A stretch of DNA of 64,000 nt, from assembly GCA_963768425.1 (NCBI GenBank), contig CAVYHV010000017.1, positions 160,001 through 224,000 on the forward strand, read 5' to 3'. The stretch is from Candidatus Bathyarchaeota archaeon. GTDB lineage: Archaea > Thermoproteota > Bathyarchaeia > Bathyarchaeales > Bathycorpusculaceae. The notes beneath the pieces were generated by a model. It made no database searches. It was not told the origin of the DNA and saw nothing but the letters and a program-made list of their open reading frames with translations. Each line of letters begins with the position of its first letter. Positions within the stretch are counted from its first letter, which is position 1. Made by a program: the position numbers and the translations under genes. Of the stretch, positions 29,769 to 40,681 are shown piece after piece.

Positions 29769-30869
29769 TCACTTCAAACCCATAAGCAAACCATAATTGT
29801 GCTCTATCTCTTTAAGCAATAGGTCAGCCGTCACAGCGCCGCCAAGCTTCGCCATAGCAGCGATCGAAGCGCCCCCCGCACCGACCCCTTCCTTCACAAG
29901 ACCCGTCTCGTAGATTTGCAACCCTGGGAAACGTGAACAACCAAAGTTCAGATTAGCCGCTAAAATCGGTACATCACAGAACTGCTTCACAATCCCTTTG
30001 AGGTCAGACGACTTGTCTTTTGCAACCCATCTGGTTGTGCCCACAGCCACGTTACACAAAACGTCGGGCTGCAAAGCGTTAATCAAGGCTAAGACAGCGC
30101 TCATCTGGGTTCCGCCCGCCATCAAAACGGGGACTTGTCCAGCCGCACCAACAACCAAACCTGTGAACGCGGCCATCATCGGGTCGCCAACGCAGGAAAT
30201 CGCCTTAACAGGGTCTTTCGCTAAGCTACCGAAGCTTTGACCTGCAGCCGCCAAACCCGCCTTAACTGTTTCAGCCTTTAAAATGTGGGGATTCTGAGGC
30301 AACGTGCTGCTTACCTTTCCCTCAGCACTCACGCCAAGAGCCGACAGTACGCCAAGTGCGGTTGTTGTTCCCCCTGGAATGCTCTCGCCAATCACAAGGT
30401 AATCAACGGCCTTCGCCAAGTTTTGCCCAGCAATTTTGGCGCGTTCAATAACTTCTGCAACATTGTCAACTGCGTTGCCGCTTCGAATGTCCCTACCAGG
30501 GTTTCCGCCCAAATCTAAAAAAGGAATCTGAGGCTTCACTCTTACCCCGCCGCTGGCTATGAGCACAGGAATGTCGGCGAGTTGCAGAGCGGACCTTGTA
30601 ATCAATCCAGGCGTGGGGATTCCGTCGGGAGTTATGGGAACACCGTTGATGGATTTGCATTTGCCTAAAAGAAGCAGTTCAGCGTCTGCGGGCGGAGTGT
30701 AATCCGTGAATTCGGGGTTTGCACCAGCCGCAGATATTCCTGCGATTTTGCCAGTTTCAGTTGTTCCGATTGTGCAGATGAAAAGTGGGTTTTTGCCCGC
30801 GACTTCATCGAGGAAAGCCTTAGCTTTCAACTCGTTATTCGCGATTATTACGTCGAGTGCTTGGTCCAT
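29769..30869 (-). CDS. cobT: Archaeal-type nicotinate-nucleotide:base phosphoribosyltransferase CobT
   Basis: GISAAG...TP.ADAE, GESIPGGTTTA, MAGGTQM, VKEGVGAGG. Confidence 0.88.
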   Translation of the reverse strand: MDQALDVIIANNELKAKAFLDEVAGKNPLFICTIGTTETGKIAGISAAGANPEFTDYTPPADAELLLLGKCKSINGVPITPDGIPTPGLITRSALQLADIPVLIASGGVRVKPQIPFLDLGGNPGRDIRSGNAVDNVAEVIERAKIAGQNLAKAVDYLVIGESIPGGTTTALGVLSALGVSAEGKVSSTLPQNPHILKAETVKAGLAAAGQSFGSLAKDPVKAISCVGDPMMAAFTGLVVGAAGQVPVLMAGGTQMSAVLALINALQPDVLCNVAVGTTRWVAKDKSSDLKGIVKQFCDVPILAANLNFGCSRFPGLQIYETGLVKEGVGAGGASIAAMAKLGGAVTADLLLKEIEHNYGLLMGLK

Positions 30870-30870
30870 C

Positions 30871-31557
30871 CTACGTTTTTCCCTTGCCTTTCGGCTTGAC
30901 TTCGAACTTTTTGATTTCGAGACATCCGAAGCCGCCGTCTAGCTTGTGCTTTTGTGTTTCTAGGATTTCAATCTTTTTCCTAAATGTGGGTCCATCGGTC
31001 ACGACCGTATGGTATTCGCCGCCTTCGCCGCATGGGTCAACGCCGCCGAGTTTAAGGATATCGTCATAAAATTTTCTGTCCAGCACCCTTCCAAGCCACT
31101 CAACACCAAGCTTCTCCAGGTTCGTGCGGACTACGGTTGCTTTAAAACCAGTTTTCAAGTAATCAAGATAAATCTGCTTCGTGTCACCCATCCATAGCGG
31201 CTTAATCGGCTTCAAACCGACTTCTTTGAGTACTCTGCCCAGCCAACCCTCTTCATGCCCAGCCACCTCATAGATGTCACCTGTAACTAAGCCTTCGACG
31301 CCTTCGGCTTTGAAGTGTCGCAACGCAGCTTTGAAGTCGTCCTCGTACGTTTTGGGGGTTGCTTGTTGTTTCACAATGGGGATTCCAATTGCGTCTGACT
31401 GAGCATCCAAAATTCCTACCGGTATCATGTGGAAGTTTGATTTTTCCTTGCTCATCATCATGGTCAAAATTTTGACTACTTCGTAGCCCTGCTGGATTGC
31501 CAAGTAGTAAGCGTAGCAACTGTCTTTGCCGCCGCTCCAAGAAGCAACAACTTTCAT
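30871..31557 (-). CDS. DUF71/Dph6-like ATP-dependent amide ligase (copy 1)
   Basis: PP-loop SWSGGKDS, GDI, PLW, DPCGEGGEYHT.V.DGP.F. Confidence 0.88.
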   Translation of the reverse strand: MKVVASWSGGKDSCYAYYLAIQQGYEVVKILTMMMSKEKSNFHMIPVGILDAQSDAIGIPIVKQQATPKTYEDDFKAALRHFKAEGVEGLVTGDIYEVAGHEEGWLGRVLKEVGLKPIKPLWMGDTKQIYLDYLKTGFKATVVRTNLEKLGVEWLGRVLDRKFYDDILKLGGVDPCGEGGEYHTVVTDGPTFRKKIEILETQKHKLDGGFGCLEIKKFEVKPKGKGKT

Positions 31558-31982
31558 TTCCGTTTAATCCTCCCATAATATCCTTCACCTTTAACCGCTG
31601 AACCAACGACAACGTCAAGTTGAACGGATTTGCCAAAGATTCAAGGGAAAGAGTCCCTGAAACGTGTGGACAACAAAACGCGGTTTTAGCGGTCAAATAT
31701 TCAGATAATCTGCCAATCGATAGAAGATTGAGTGGAACAATCGGTTTTTTTTCGATGTTCAGCAAATTATCCTTTCCCGTGTTTGGTTGGTTTATCCAAC
31801 CTTTTCATATAAGCATTACGGTTTCTACAATCAATCAACACTTAGAAGAATTTTAAGCTCAAAACGCAGGTTTTGAAGCCGCAAATCCGTGGTTGAAATT
31901 CTCCTGCCTAAGCATTTGTCTGAAGGTTTTCCAGAAAGCTTTTAATTGTGTATCGATTGAGGAGTTTACGCTGTTGGGCTCC

Positions 31983-33142
31983 ATGGTCAAAACAAGGCTA
32001 TGCATAGTTACACATACTTTTCTGCCCCATGTCGGTGGGATAGAGAAGGTTGTTAATGAACAGAGCAAACGGCTCATGAAACGAAACTTTAAGCCCATGG
32101 TTGTCACAAACCGCATCGGCACTCCCAAAACCTACACGGTTGATGGCGTAAGTGTCGAGTGCTATGAATCACTAAACACAGGCTTTCGCCTCGGCATACC
32201 CTACTCCATTCCAACGCCTACAAGCCTTGGAACCTTTCTTAAAACCGTAAACGCAAGCGACATAGTCCATGCACACGGTCACCCATATCTAACCTCGCTT
32301 ATCGCCGCAAAACTCGCCAAAAGGTACGACAAACCCTTCGTTTTAACCCAGCATAACACATTCATCCAGTACGACAGCATGTTCGACAACGTTGAGCGAC
32401 TCAACGACTTGTCAGTAGGGAAGGAGACGCTTAAAGACGCAGACAGAATAATCGCGGTAAGCAACGCAACCAAAGAGTACGTCCTCAGCTTAGGCGCAAA
32501 ACCGAGAAAAAATCAAAGTCCTCCACAACGGCGTAGACTTCGATCATTTCAGGCATCTGCCGGGAAAACAGGAGGAAATGCGAGCCAAATTTGGGATCCC
32601 AAAGAACGCAGCCGTGGCAATAACTGTGACGCAGGCTGGTTTACAAGAACGGGATTGACACTTTGATTGAAAGCGCAAACCTCGCGATCAAAAAGAACCC
32701 GAACCTTGTTTTCCTTGTCGTTGGAAAGGGACCCGACCAAAACGGGGTTCAAGCCAGGATTCGAGAGTTAGGGATAGAGGACAACTTTCGGCTAGCGGGT
32801 TTCGTCAGCGACCAGGATTTACCGTTTTGCTATAACGCGGCCGACTTCTTTGTGTTGCCGTCTAAATCTGGTGAAGGTTTGCCTTTGGTTGCGCTTGAAG
32901 CCATGGCTTGCGGCTTGCCGGTTGTAGCGACAGACGTCGGGGGGATTAGGGAGATTCTGATGGAAGATCACGGTGAATTGGTGCCGCCTAACCAGCCGGA
33001 GCTGATGGCTAAGGCAATCTTAGAATATTCCTATGCTGATTTATCTGTTGGCATACTGGAGCTCCGTGCTGCGGTTGAAGAAAAGTTTAGTTGGGAAAGA
33101 AACGTTGAAGCTCTCGTGGGAATATACGAAGAGCTTATTTAA
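31983..33142 (+). CDS. GT4 family glycosyltransferase, frameshifted
   Basis: FLPHVGGIE, VHAH, HNGVD (alternate frame), EGLPLVALEAMACGLPVVATDVGG. Confidence 0.88.
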
Positions 33143-33184
33143 CCAGATGTGAAAACACTATAGCCTTCAAGATGAGAGTTAGCC

Positions 33185-33922
33185 ATGACATCAAAAGTTG
33201 AAATGGTTTCGGTCGTCATTCCGACACTTAACGAAGCAGGAAACATACTTGAAGCAGTCAACACTATCCACAAAGAGCTAGCGTACCCCAACGAAATCAT
33301 CGTCGTTGACGGCAACTCCACCGACGGAACAATGGAGCTTGTGAAAGACACAAGTTTTTGCCGGCTGATCATCGAGCCAAGACGCGGCTATGGAATAGCT
33401 TTGCGGACTGGCATGAAAAACGCGAAGGGAAACATCATCGTTATGGTTGACGGTGACGGAACCTACGAGGTAAAACACATCAACCGCCTAGTTGAAAGAA
33501 TGCTTGAGAAAGACGCGGACATGGTTTTAGCCACACGCATGTTTGACCCGAAAAAAGCCATGGGATTCACGAATTTCATCGGGAACAAAATCATTACCTT
33601 GGTTTACGACTTCTTTTACAGCCAACTGCTCAGCGACACGCAATCGGGGTTTCGGGCGATATCGCATGAATGCATCGACAACGTGCCTTTGGTGGAAGGG
33701 GACATGGCTTTTGCCACCGAAATGCTGGTGCAGTTCGCCAAGGTCGGGTACAACATGGTTGAAATCCCCACAACTTACAAACCGCGCAAATATGGGCAGA
33801 CTAAGCTTAAACCATTTAAGTCAGGTATCGAAATATTTAGCACCATATTCAAGGGATTTCTTGATGCGGATACTGTTAGAACGTGCCAAAAGCATTGGAG
33901 AGAAAATAGGCTTAAACGATGA
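33185..33922 (+). CDS. GT2 polyprenol-phosphate glycosyltransferase (DPM1-like)
   Basis: VIPTLNE, VVDGNSTDGT, GYG, DGDGTY, DTQSGFRA. Confidence 0.9.
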   Translation: MTSKVEMVSVVIPTLNEAGNILEAVNTIHKELAYPNEIIVVDGNSTDGTMELVKDTSFCRLIIEPRRGYGIALRTGMKNAKGNIIVMVDGDGTYEVKHINRLVERMLEKDADMVLATRMFDPKKAMGFTNFIGNKIITLVYDFFYSQLLSDTQSGFRAISHECIDNVPLVEGDMAFATEMLVQFAKVGYNMVEIPTTYKPRKYGQTKLKPFKSGIEIFSTIFKGFLDADTVRTCQKHWRENRLKR

Positions 33923-34397
33923 CAAAGGCTACTTAGTTGCTATCGCCCTTGCCTTAATCATTATATCATCGTTGCTTGCAGGGTACTACTTGCTCTATAA
34001 GCCGGTGCCTGAAGGCTTCAGCACGATTTATCTGCTTGATTCGCAGAACAAAGCAGAAAATTACCCGCAAACTTTAGTTTCTAACCAGAACAGCACCTTT
34101 ACCTTGCCAGTTACTGTCGTGAACAACATGGGATACACAATGAAATACGAGGTTTTAGTGAAAATCACTGATGACCTAACCTCCTTGCCGGTCAATGTAT
34201 TGCCTATTGACACATACAATTTCACCTTGGGCAATGGTAAAACCTACCAAAAATCAGTCACAGTTACAGAAAACCAAGCTGGAACCTACTCAGTGGTTTT
34301 TGAGCTTTGGCAATACAATTCTGCTTCAGGAACTTACCAGTTTACAAACAACAATGTGCAGAATTATTGTGTCTTAAACATTCAAGTTATAAGTTAA
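33864..34397 (+). CDS. DUF1616-like membrane-anchored protein, start uncertain
   Basis: TM helix then EGFSTIYLLD...AENYP...VVNNMG...VVFELW. Confidence 0.65.
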   Translation: MRILLERAKSIGEKIGLNDDKGYLVAIALALIIISSLLAGYYLLYKPVPEGFSTIYLLDSQNKAENYPQTLVSNQNSTFTLPVTVVNNMGYTMKYEVLVKITDDLTSLPVNVLPIDTYNFTLGNGKTYQKSVTVTENQAGTYSVVFELWQYNSASGTYQFTNNNVQNYCVLNIQVIS

Positions 34398-35861
34398 GTT
34401 TTCTTGTGAGTTTCAGCGTATTGTTTTTCGATTGCGACTCTGTGGATGTTGTTGTAGGCGCAGAAAGGTATGATTTTCAAGTCAGGCGTAATGTAGTGGA
34501 CAACGCATCGTCGGACACGATTTACGTCAAAGTTGTATGAATCCATAAACGCCATGCAGCCGAGCAGAAAGATCCGTCTGCGGATTTTGCCAAGCGACTG
34601 ATACGAGGGCGAAAGATGCATTCGCATAATCGAATTCATCAGAGTAAGCATCCCCACTTCCTGAGTTACCAATAGCATATTCATCGAAAGCATAGACGCC
34701 ATAAACAGCGAAGAAAGCAAGGAGAGTTTGCCTTTAGAATCCGCGTTCTCAGCGGTTTTTCGGATGGTGGAGAAGAATCGATCAAAGTTGACGAAACGGT
34801 TAATCGGGAACATTTTGCCGTCTTTGGAAACGTAAATCCAGTTTACGATGCCGCATTGGGGACTGCATGAGAAGAGGGGCCATGGCTTCTGCATGAATTT
34901 ACGCATTATCTTGATCGGAGAAGTCATAACCGACATGGGGTACAAATCGGTCATTTTTATTTCGCCGCCTGTTTGTTTTTCAACGTCTTCTGCAAATGAC
35001 CATTCGCGGAAGTTTTCTCGGAATGGGTTCTCGGTGGCTCTGCCCGTGAAGGCGATAGGTTGGAAAATCAAGCCTCGCACGATATCTGTGTTTTTGGCGG
35101 CGAACCGTATCATGTCGCCGACTTCTTTATCGTTCAGGCTCTTCATCAATGTGTTAACTAGGATGATTTCCATGTCGTATTTGCGGCAAACTTCGATAGC
35201 TTTGAGTTTTTCCTCTAGCAGCGCTTTTCCCCGAATCTTCTTGTTAAAATCGTCATGGAAACTGTCAAACGACAAATAAACAATGTTTAAGCCGTTAGCC
35301 TTTAGCTTCTTCGCCAGACCCGGGGTATCAACCAAATGTGTTCCGTTGGTTGCCAGAATAGTCATGAATTTCAACTTGTGGGCCGCCCCGATGATTTCAG
35401 GCATGTCCTCCCGTTCCAGGGGTTCTCCGCCTGAGAAAAGAATGGCTGGTGGCTTGGGGTTAGCTTGGCTAACGAACTCCAGCATTTTAATTAAGTGCTC
35501 TTTGGTTGGTTCATAATCGGTTCCTTGTTCCGGAAAAGTTGAGAAGCAGATGGCGCATCTGAAGGTTGCAGCGTTTCGTTACGTCGATTACGCCGATAAC
35601 CGTGCCTGAAGCGTGTTTGTTGCAGGTTTCGCATTTGTAGGGGCAGCCTTCTGGGTTTTTAGGGGCGTTCAAGTCGCCGAGGTATTGGAATTGATCATAA
35701 GTTTGCATGTGGTTGAAGACGGGTGTGCTTTGCCAGTGGGTGGCTTCGAATTCGCCGTGCTCTGGGCATTGCTTGGCGATTTTTATTTTGCCGTTAGCTT
35801 GAGTTAGTTGGGCGTCAATTTTCTTTTGGCATTCTGGACAGATGCTTTTTGTGTCGCTCAA
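34394..35861 (-). CDS. tes: Tetraether lipid synthase (Tes/GDGT-MAS, MJ0619 family) homolog, frameshifted near 35560
   Basis: SICPEC...CPEHGEF, GCPYKCETC, DVTKRCNL/CAICF, GGEP, FQPIAFTGR, CMAFMDSYNFDVNRVRRCVVHY.TPD..IIPFCAYN. Confidence 0.85.
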
Positions 35862-36754
35862 CTTACAGCCCTCCTACCATGTGGGATAGCCGCTTGTAGT
35901 ATTAAAGCCAACGGAAGCAGAATCATCGACATTGTTACTATACGTTCGTATTTCCGCACACTCGCGATATTTGAAGCTGTAGTTGCCAGGCGAACTGAAG
36001 AATAAATCAATAGGGCGCTCCAAACAAGAATGGGAGCCAAATAGTAAAAGTTAAAGTGGCGCTACGAAAAAGGGAAATGGTGCAAGTAACCCTGTTAAGA
36101 AAAAGAACCCAGCCGCGGCTTTCGATGAGTCTCCGATACCGATTTTCTGCGGAAGCGTGGGATACCCCGTTTTTGAGTCGCCGTCAAGGCTCAGCACGTC
36201 GCGCAGCACGTTGCCGCCTATAGTTCCCAAAGCTATTGGGTAGAGACTGAGAGAAATGATGCTGATGGTCGGCGGGACTAGAGATTGTTGCTTCTCCGTA
36301 GAGAAAAGCGGTTCCTGTTAAGATTCCGACCAAAACGTTGGCTGCAAACCCTGACTTACGTTTTACAAACAGTAGAGTAAACCAGCAGCAAAGCTGAGTC
36401 GGCAGCGATAATCGCGAAACTTAACCAGTTAATGAAGAAAGCCAGAGCTAAACCCGCTGCGAAAAGCACACTTGAAATAGCCACGACCTGCTTCAAGGAC
36501 AGGGAACCTGAGGGTATGGGTCGTTTAGGCTTTATAACTGCGTCACTTTCTCTGTCGAAGTAGTCGTTTATTGCGAAGCCTGCGGAGGTTATGAAAGCCA
36601 TGGAAAAGAAAATCAGCAAAACCGTTTGGACGCTGAGGTCGGCGGGATTTTTTGTGATAGCAAAAGCTGTCAGGAGGGATAAACCGCCAGTCATCAACCA
36701 GTATGGAAGACGCAACAGAGCGATTAGTCCTCTGGCTGGGGCTGGAGCAGCCAT
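35858..36754 (-). CDS. UbiA prenyltransferase, DGGGP-synthase-like, with about three frameshifts
   Basis: INDYFDRESD..KPKRPIPSG, KRKSGF.AN, RDVLSLDGD..GYPTLP. Confidence 0.82.
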
Positions 36755-37683
36755 TAAATTTTCCTGTCAGCGATGACTTCTTTAATGCTCTCCTCAAGGC
36801 TTACTTTGGGGCTCCAGTTTAACTCCTTTTTTGCTTTGCTGTTATCGAACCATATGGTGGTAACGTCGCCCTGCCAGGAGACGCCTGTGGTTGTTACGAC
36901 TGTTTTGTCCTGAAGATTAAGGATTTGAAGCATGAGTTTGGCGAGGTCAATTATTTTTATGGTCGTCCCGTAACCTAAATTGTAGGTTCTGCCGTTTGTG
37001 AACTCTTCCGAGCCTACGGTTATCAGCGCGTCAACCACGTCTGAAACATGCACGAAATCGCGTGACTGCAAGCCTGTGCCGATTATTTCAAGTTTGGCCG
37101 GGTTCTTGGCGATTTTGTCTAAAAAGTCATGGATAACCCCGTGGCACCTTAAACCGTATACGTTGGCGAACCTCATGATGGTGACGTCTAATCCGTATTG
37201 GTCGCGGTACATTTCACAGTATTCTTCACCGACAACCTTGGATAACCCGTAACATGAGAAAGGATGAAAACCATAGGTCTCAGGAGTTGGGAAGACAGTT
37301 GGGTTACCGTAGACTGCGGCGCTGGACGCAAAAACCAGTTTGGCATCGTCTTTACGGGCTTTTTCCAGCACATGAACGGTTCCTTTAGCGTTAGTTTCAA
37401 AATCTATCAGCGGATTCTCCATGGAGTATGGAACAACAACTTGAGCGGCTAAATGGTATATTAGGTCGGCTTTTTCCACGGAAAGCAGCTTCTTGGGGTC
37501 GAGGATGTCACCTTTCACAAGTTTTGCTTTGCCGACATCTTTTACATTTTCCATTTTGCCGCTTGACAAGTTATCGTAAATCGTCAAATCGGAAGTTAAG
37601 CCGGCAAGGCGCTTGCACAAATGGAACCCGATGAAGCCTGCGCCGCCCGTTACAAGAATCTTTTTCCCCTTAAGTTCTCCCAT
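36754..37683 (-). CDS. NAD-dependent nucleotide-sugar epimerase/dehydratase
   Basis: VTGGAGFIG, HLAA, ASSAAVYG, YGLSK, RDFVHV. Confidence 0.92.
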   Translation of the reverse strand: MGELKGKKILVTGGAGFIGFHLCKRLAGLTSDLTIYDNLSSGKMENVKDVGKAKLVKGDILDPKKLLSVEKADLIYHLAAQVVVPYSMENPLIDFETNAKGTVHVLEKARKDDAKLVFASSAAVYGNPTVFPTPETYGFHPFSCYGLSKVVGEEYCEMYRDQYGLDVTIMRFANVYGLRCHGVIHDFLDKIAKNPAKLEIIGTGLQSRDFVHVSDVVDALITVGSEEFTNGRTYNLGYGTTIKIIDLAKLMLQILNLQDKTVVTTTGVSWQGDVTTIWFDNSKAKKELNWSPKVSLEESIKEVIADRKI

Positions 37684-37730
37684 AACTATCACGACAAAGT
37701 CTATATTCCATTTCAATTAGTGTAGGGTAT

Positions 37731-38560
37731 ATGTCGCCTGAGAAAGCTATAAAAACTTTTAGGGATTTGCTGGCTTTCCTAACAATAATCCCCGCGGGCG
37801 GAAAAGAAGATTTCATATTCACAACGGCGGAGCACGTTTACCTTTTCCCCGTCATCGGCGGCTTAATCGGCGTGCTTGCAGGAGCCTACTTTCTCGGCGC
37901 AAACTTTATTGTCCACTTTTTGCTCGGGGCAGTTAACACGTTAATCGCCTTGCCAGTCGACACGCTGTCGAAGCTTGCTGTTGCGGCTATGACAGTGGCG
38001 TTCCTACTGGTCATAACTGGACTCCAACATTTTGACGGCTTAATAGACTTAGGAAACGCGTTTGGCTCAAGAAACCTGCACGACCGCAAGATGGTCGCCC
38101 ACGCTTGGACTGTTACTTATTGGGGAGCATTGCTGGCAATGATTGTCGAGTTTGCAGCATTCGCAGGGTTGTTTTTGATTAACCCGCTCTACGCTTTCGG
38201 AGCCATTTTGCCGCTGAACTTTCAGCGAAACTATCTATGGTCACAATCGTCTGGGTAGGCAAACCCACACATAAGGGGTTAGGCTCAATTTTCCTGCAAA
38301 AAGCAAAAATCAAACTTAACATAATCGCTTACGCACTCTCTATCATTCTTGTATATCCTTTCTTCGCCTTGATAGGCAAACCTTACTTGGGCTTAATCGC
38401 AGTTGGGCTGGTTCTGGTCAGCATCCCAGTGGCGTTGGCGATGGAGAAAGTTGCAGAAAACATCTTTGGCGGAGTCTCAGGGGACGTAATAGGCGCAACA
38501 AATGAGGTTTCTCGTGCAGTTGCGCTTATTTTATTTGCAGGCGTGTTGATTCTTCTATGA
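37731..38560 (+). CDS. Divergent CobS-like protein (copy 2), frameshifted near 38210
   Basis: FLTIIP, FPVIG, TGLQHFDGLIDLGNA, FGGVSGDVIGA.NE; lacks the MxD...GxxG motif. Confidence 0.8.
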
Positions 38561-39174
38561 AAGTTCCCGCGTTGATTATGGCTGGCGGCAAAGGCAAACG
38601 CATCGGGTTACCTATAGAGAAGCCGCTTCTGCCTTTTCTAGGCAAGCCACTACTTGACTGGGTTGCAGAGGCAGTGAGTTGTGCAACGAAGGTTTCTGAA
38701 TTTTACGTTGTGACGAGCTCGAACACTCCCGAAACTGAGAAGCATAGTTTAAGCATGGGATGGAAGGTTCTACGAACGGATGCCAAGGGGTACCATAACG
38801 ATTTGAAGCAGGCAGCCTTGCAAGCGAACCTTTCAGGTCCCATTTTGACCATTCCAGCGGATTCCCCGGCTATAACAGGCAAGTTCCTCGACAAAATAGT
38901 GGACCAGTTTGAACGGTGTGGGAAAGACTTCTACGCGGTTTTCGTACCCATCCCGGCCCGCGAAAAGTTGGGGCTGTCCGTCGATTCCACCGATGAGTAC
39001 AAAGGAGAATGGTATGCTGTATCGGGAGTCAATATCATTGATGGCACCAAAAGTCAGACGGAAGGAAAAATTGAGACAAATGCCTTCATCACGGAAGAAA
39101 TCGAAGTGCTACTTAACATTAACACACTAAGAGACTTGGAAACAGCGGAAAAAGTCATGAAAAGCAAACTTTAA
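38557..39174 (+). CDS. CobY-like nucleotidyltransferase (copy 2)
   Basis: MAGGKGKR...EKPL, GYHNDL, ADSP, GVN, NINT. Confidence 0.82.
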   Translation: MKVPALIMAGGKGKRIGLPIEKPLLPFLGKPLLDWVAEAVSCATKVSEFYVVTSSNTPETEKHSLSMGWKVLRTDAKGYHNDLKQAALQANLSGPILTIPADSPAITGKFLDKIVDQFERCGKDFYAVFVPIPAREKLGLSVDSTDEYKGEWYAVSGVNIIDGTKSQTEGKIETNAFITEEIEVLLNINTLRDLETAEKVMKSKL

Positions 39175-39247
39175 CGTTTAGGGAAATATTTAACATCCGC
39201 ACATAACCTACTCTAAACCTGTTGTTGTTTCAGGAGACCTGCTTTGG

Positions 39248-40681
39248 ATGAGTCTGCTTAGCCATGATAGCTTCTGGAATGCAGTGATAACACTGCCTGT
39301 GACTAAGCGGATGCTCAAGCTGTCACTAAAAAAGTGTCCAGCGTGCGGCAGAACTGTTCTTGAAGCAGCATTGGATTCTTACGCGAGAAAAACTGATCGG
39401 GACTGCCCAAAATGCAGCGCTCTTTATTCGCAGATTATTGGTTTCTGGGTCGAGTTTCTCAGGCGCAGTTTAAATATTAAACGGGAAAAAGTTGAGAAAC
39501 TCCTCGCTGACCCATATGCACGTCGCGCGGTTTTAAATTTGACGAAAAGCTTCGGCACTTTGGGCATCAAAAAACCGATTTCTCTTTGCGCGCCTTTCCT
39601 CATTGTCTGGGACTTCACACATAAATGCAACCTGAACTGCAAACACTGCTATTCGAACAGCGGCGTCGTCAAAGAGGAAGAGCTTTCAACGGAGCAGGCT
39701 AAGGCGGTGGTTGACCAGCTTGCAGATGCGGGAGTGACTGCATTGGCTTTTTCAGGCGGCGAGCCCCTGACGCGGAAGGACTTCTTTGAGGTTGCGAAGC
39801 ATGCGGCAGACCGGGGGCTTTACGTGTCGGTAGCCACAAATGGAACTTTGCTTACTAAGGAGAACGTGACGAAGCTCAAACAAGCCAAGGTCAACTACCT
39901 TGACATAAGCATTGACGGGGCATCAGCCAAGACGCATGATGAGTTTCGCGGTGTGCCAGGCGCGTTTGACAAGGCGGTTACTGGGCTGAAAAACTGCGTG
40001 GAAGCCGACCTATGTGTTTGCATTGCTTCAACGGCAACAAAAACCAACTTTGAAGAGTTCCCTAAAATTGTCGATTTAGCCGAGGAAGTGGGCGCCGAAC
40101 GGTTCACTTACTTCAATTTCATCCCCACAGGCAGAGGCAAAGCGCACTACGACCAAGACCTCTCGCCCGAAGAACGTGAAAAACTGATGCGATACCTGCT
40201 CGCGCGAATGTCAAAGGGCTGCAAAACTACCATTCTCACTACGGCGCCGCAGCTCGCCCGGGTTGGCTTGCAATGTCAGGGGCCAGAGGGCACAGGTGAA
40301 GTCACTATGTCCATGGCACATATGCAAACCGTCAAAGTAACCAAGAAAGCCGTGCCGCTGGCAGACTTCATCGGCGGCTGCGGAGCAGGCAGACTCTACT
40401 GTTCTTTGTCGCCCCAAGGAGACGTACACCCATGCGTCTTTCTGCCAGTGAACGTCGGTAACCTAAAAAACGAAAATTTTCAGGAAATCTGGCTCAATGC
40501 TCCCCTCTTCAAATCTTTGCGGAACAGAGGCAACATTAAAGGAGCCTGCGGAAAATGCACGTACAAGTACATTTGCGGCGGATGCAGGGCACGTTCAGCG
40601 GCTTACCATAACGGCGACATGCTCAACTCAGACCCAGGCTGCATAATGGGAAAATATGCGGAGGCTGCCAAAAACGCCTGA
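39248..40681 (+). CDS. Radical SAM/SPASM enzyme with a Cys-rich N-terminal extension (candidate Gms-like)
   Basis: CPAC...CPKC, APFLIVWDFTHKCNLNCKHCY, GCGAGR...PC, C.KC....CGGCRAR...DPGC. Confidence 0.85.
   Translation: MSLLSHDSFWNAVITLPVTKRMLKLSLKKCPACGRTVLEAALDSYARKTDRDCPKCSALYSQIIGFWVEFLRRSLNIKREKVEKLLADPYARRAVLNLTKSFGTLGIKKPISLCAPFLIVWDFTHKCNLNCKHCYSNSGVVKEEELSTEQAKAVVDQLADAGVTALAFSGGEPLTRKDFFEVAKHAADRGLYVSVATNGTLLTKENVTKLKQAKVNYLDISIDGASAKTHDEFRGVPGAFDKAVTGLKNCVEADLCVCIASTATKTNFEEFPKIVDLAEEVGAERFTYFNFIPTGRGKAHYDQDLSPEEREKLMRYLLARMSKGCKTTILTTAPQLARVGLQCQGPEGTGEVTMSMAHMQTVKVTKKAVPLADFIGGCGAGRLYCSLSPQGDVHPCVFLPVNVGNLKNENFQEIWLNAPLFKSLRNRGNIKGACGKCTYKYICGGCRARSAAYHNGDMLNSDPGCIMGKYAEAAKNA

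Noticed and set aside
31558-31982. Possible cobalamin riboswitch upstream of the DUF71-cobT-cobS-cobY operon
   Set aside because: A GGGAA is present, but I could not find the B12-box or the conserved flanking stems on either strand; an Infernal search would be needed.
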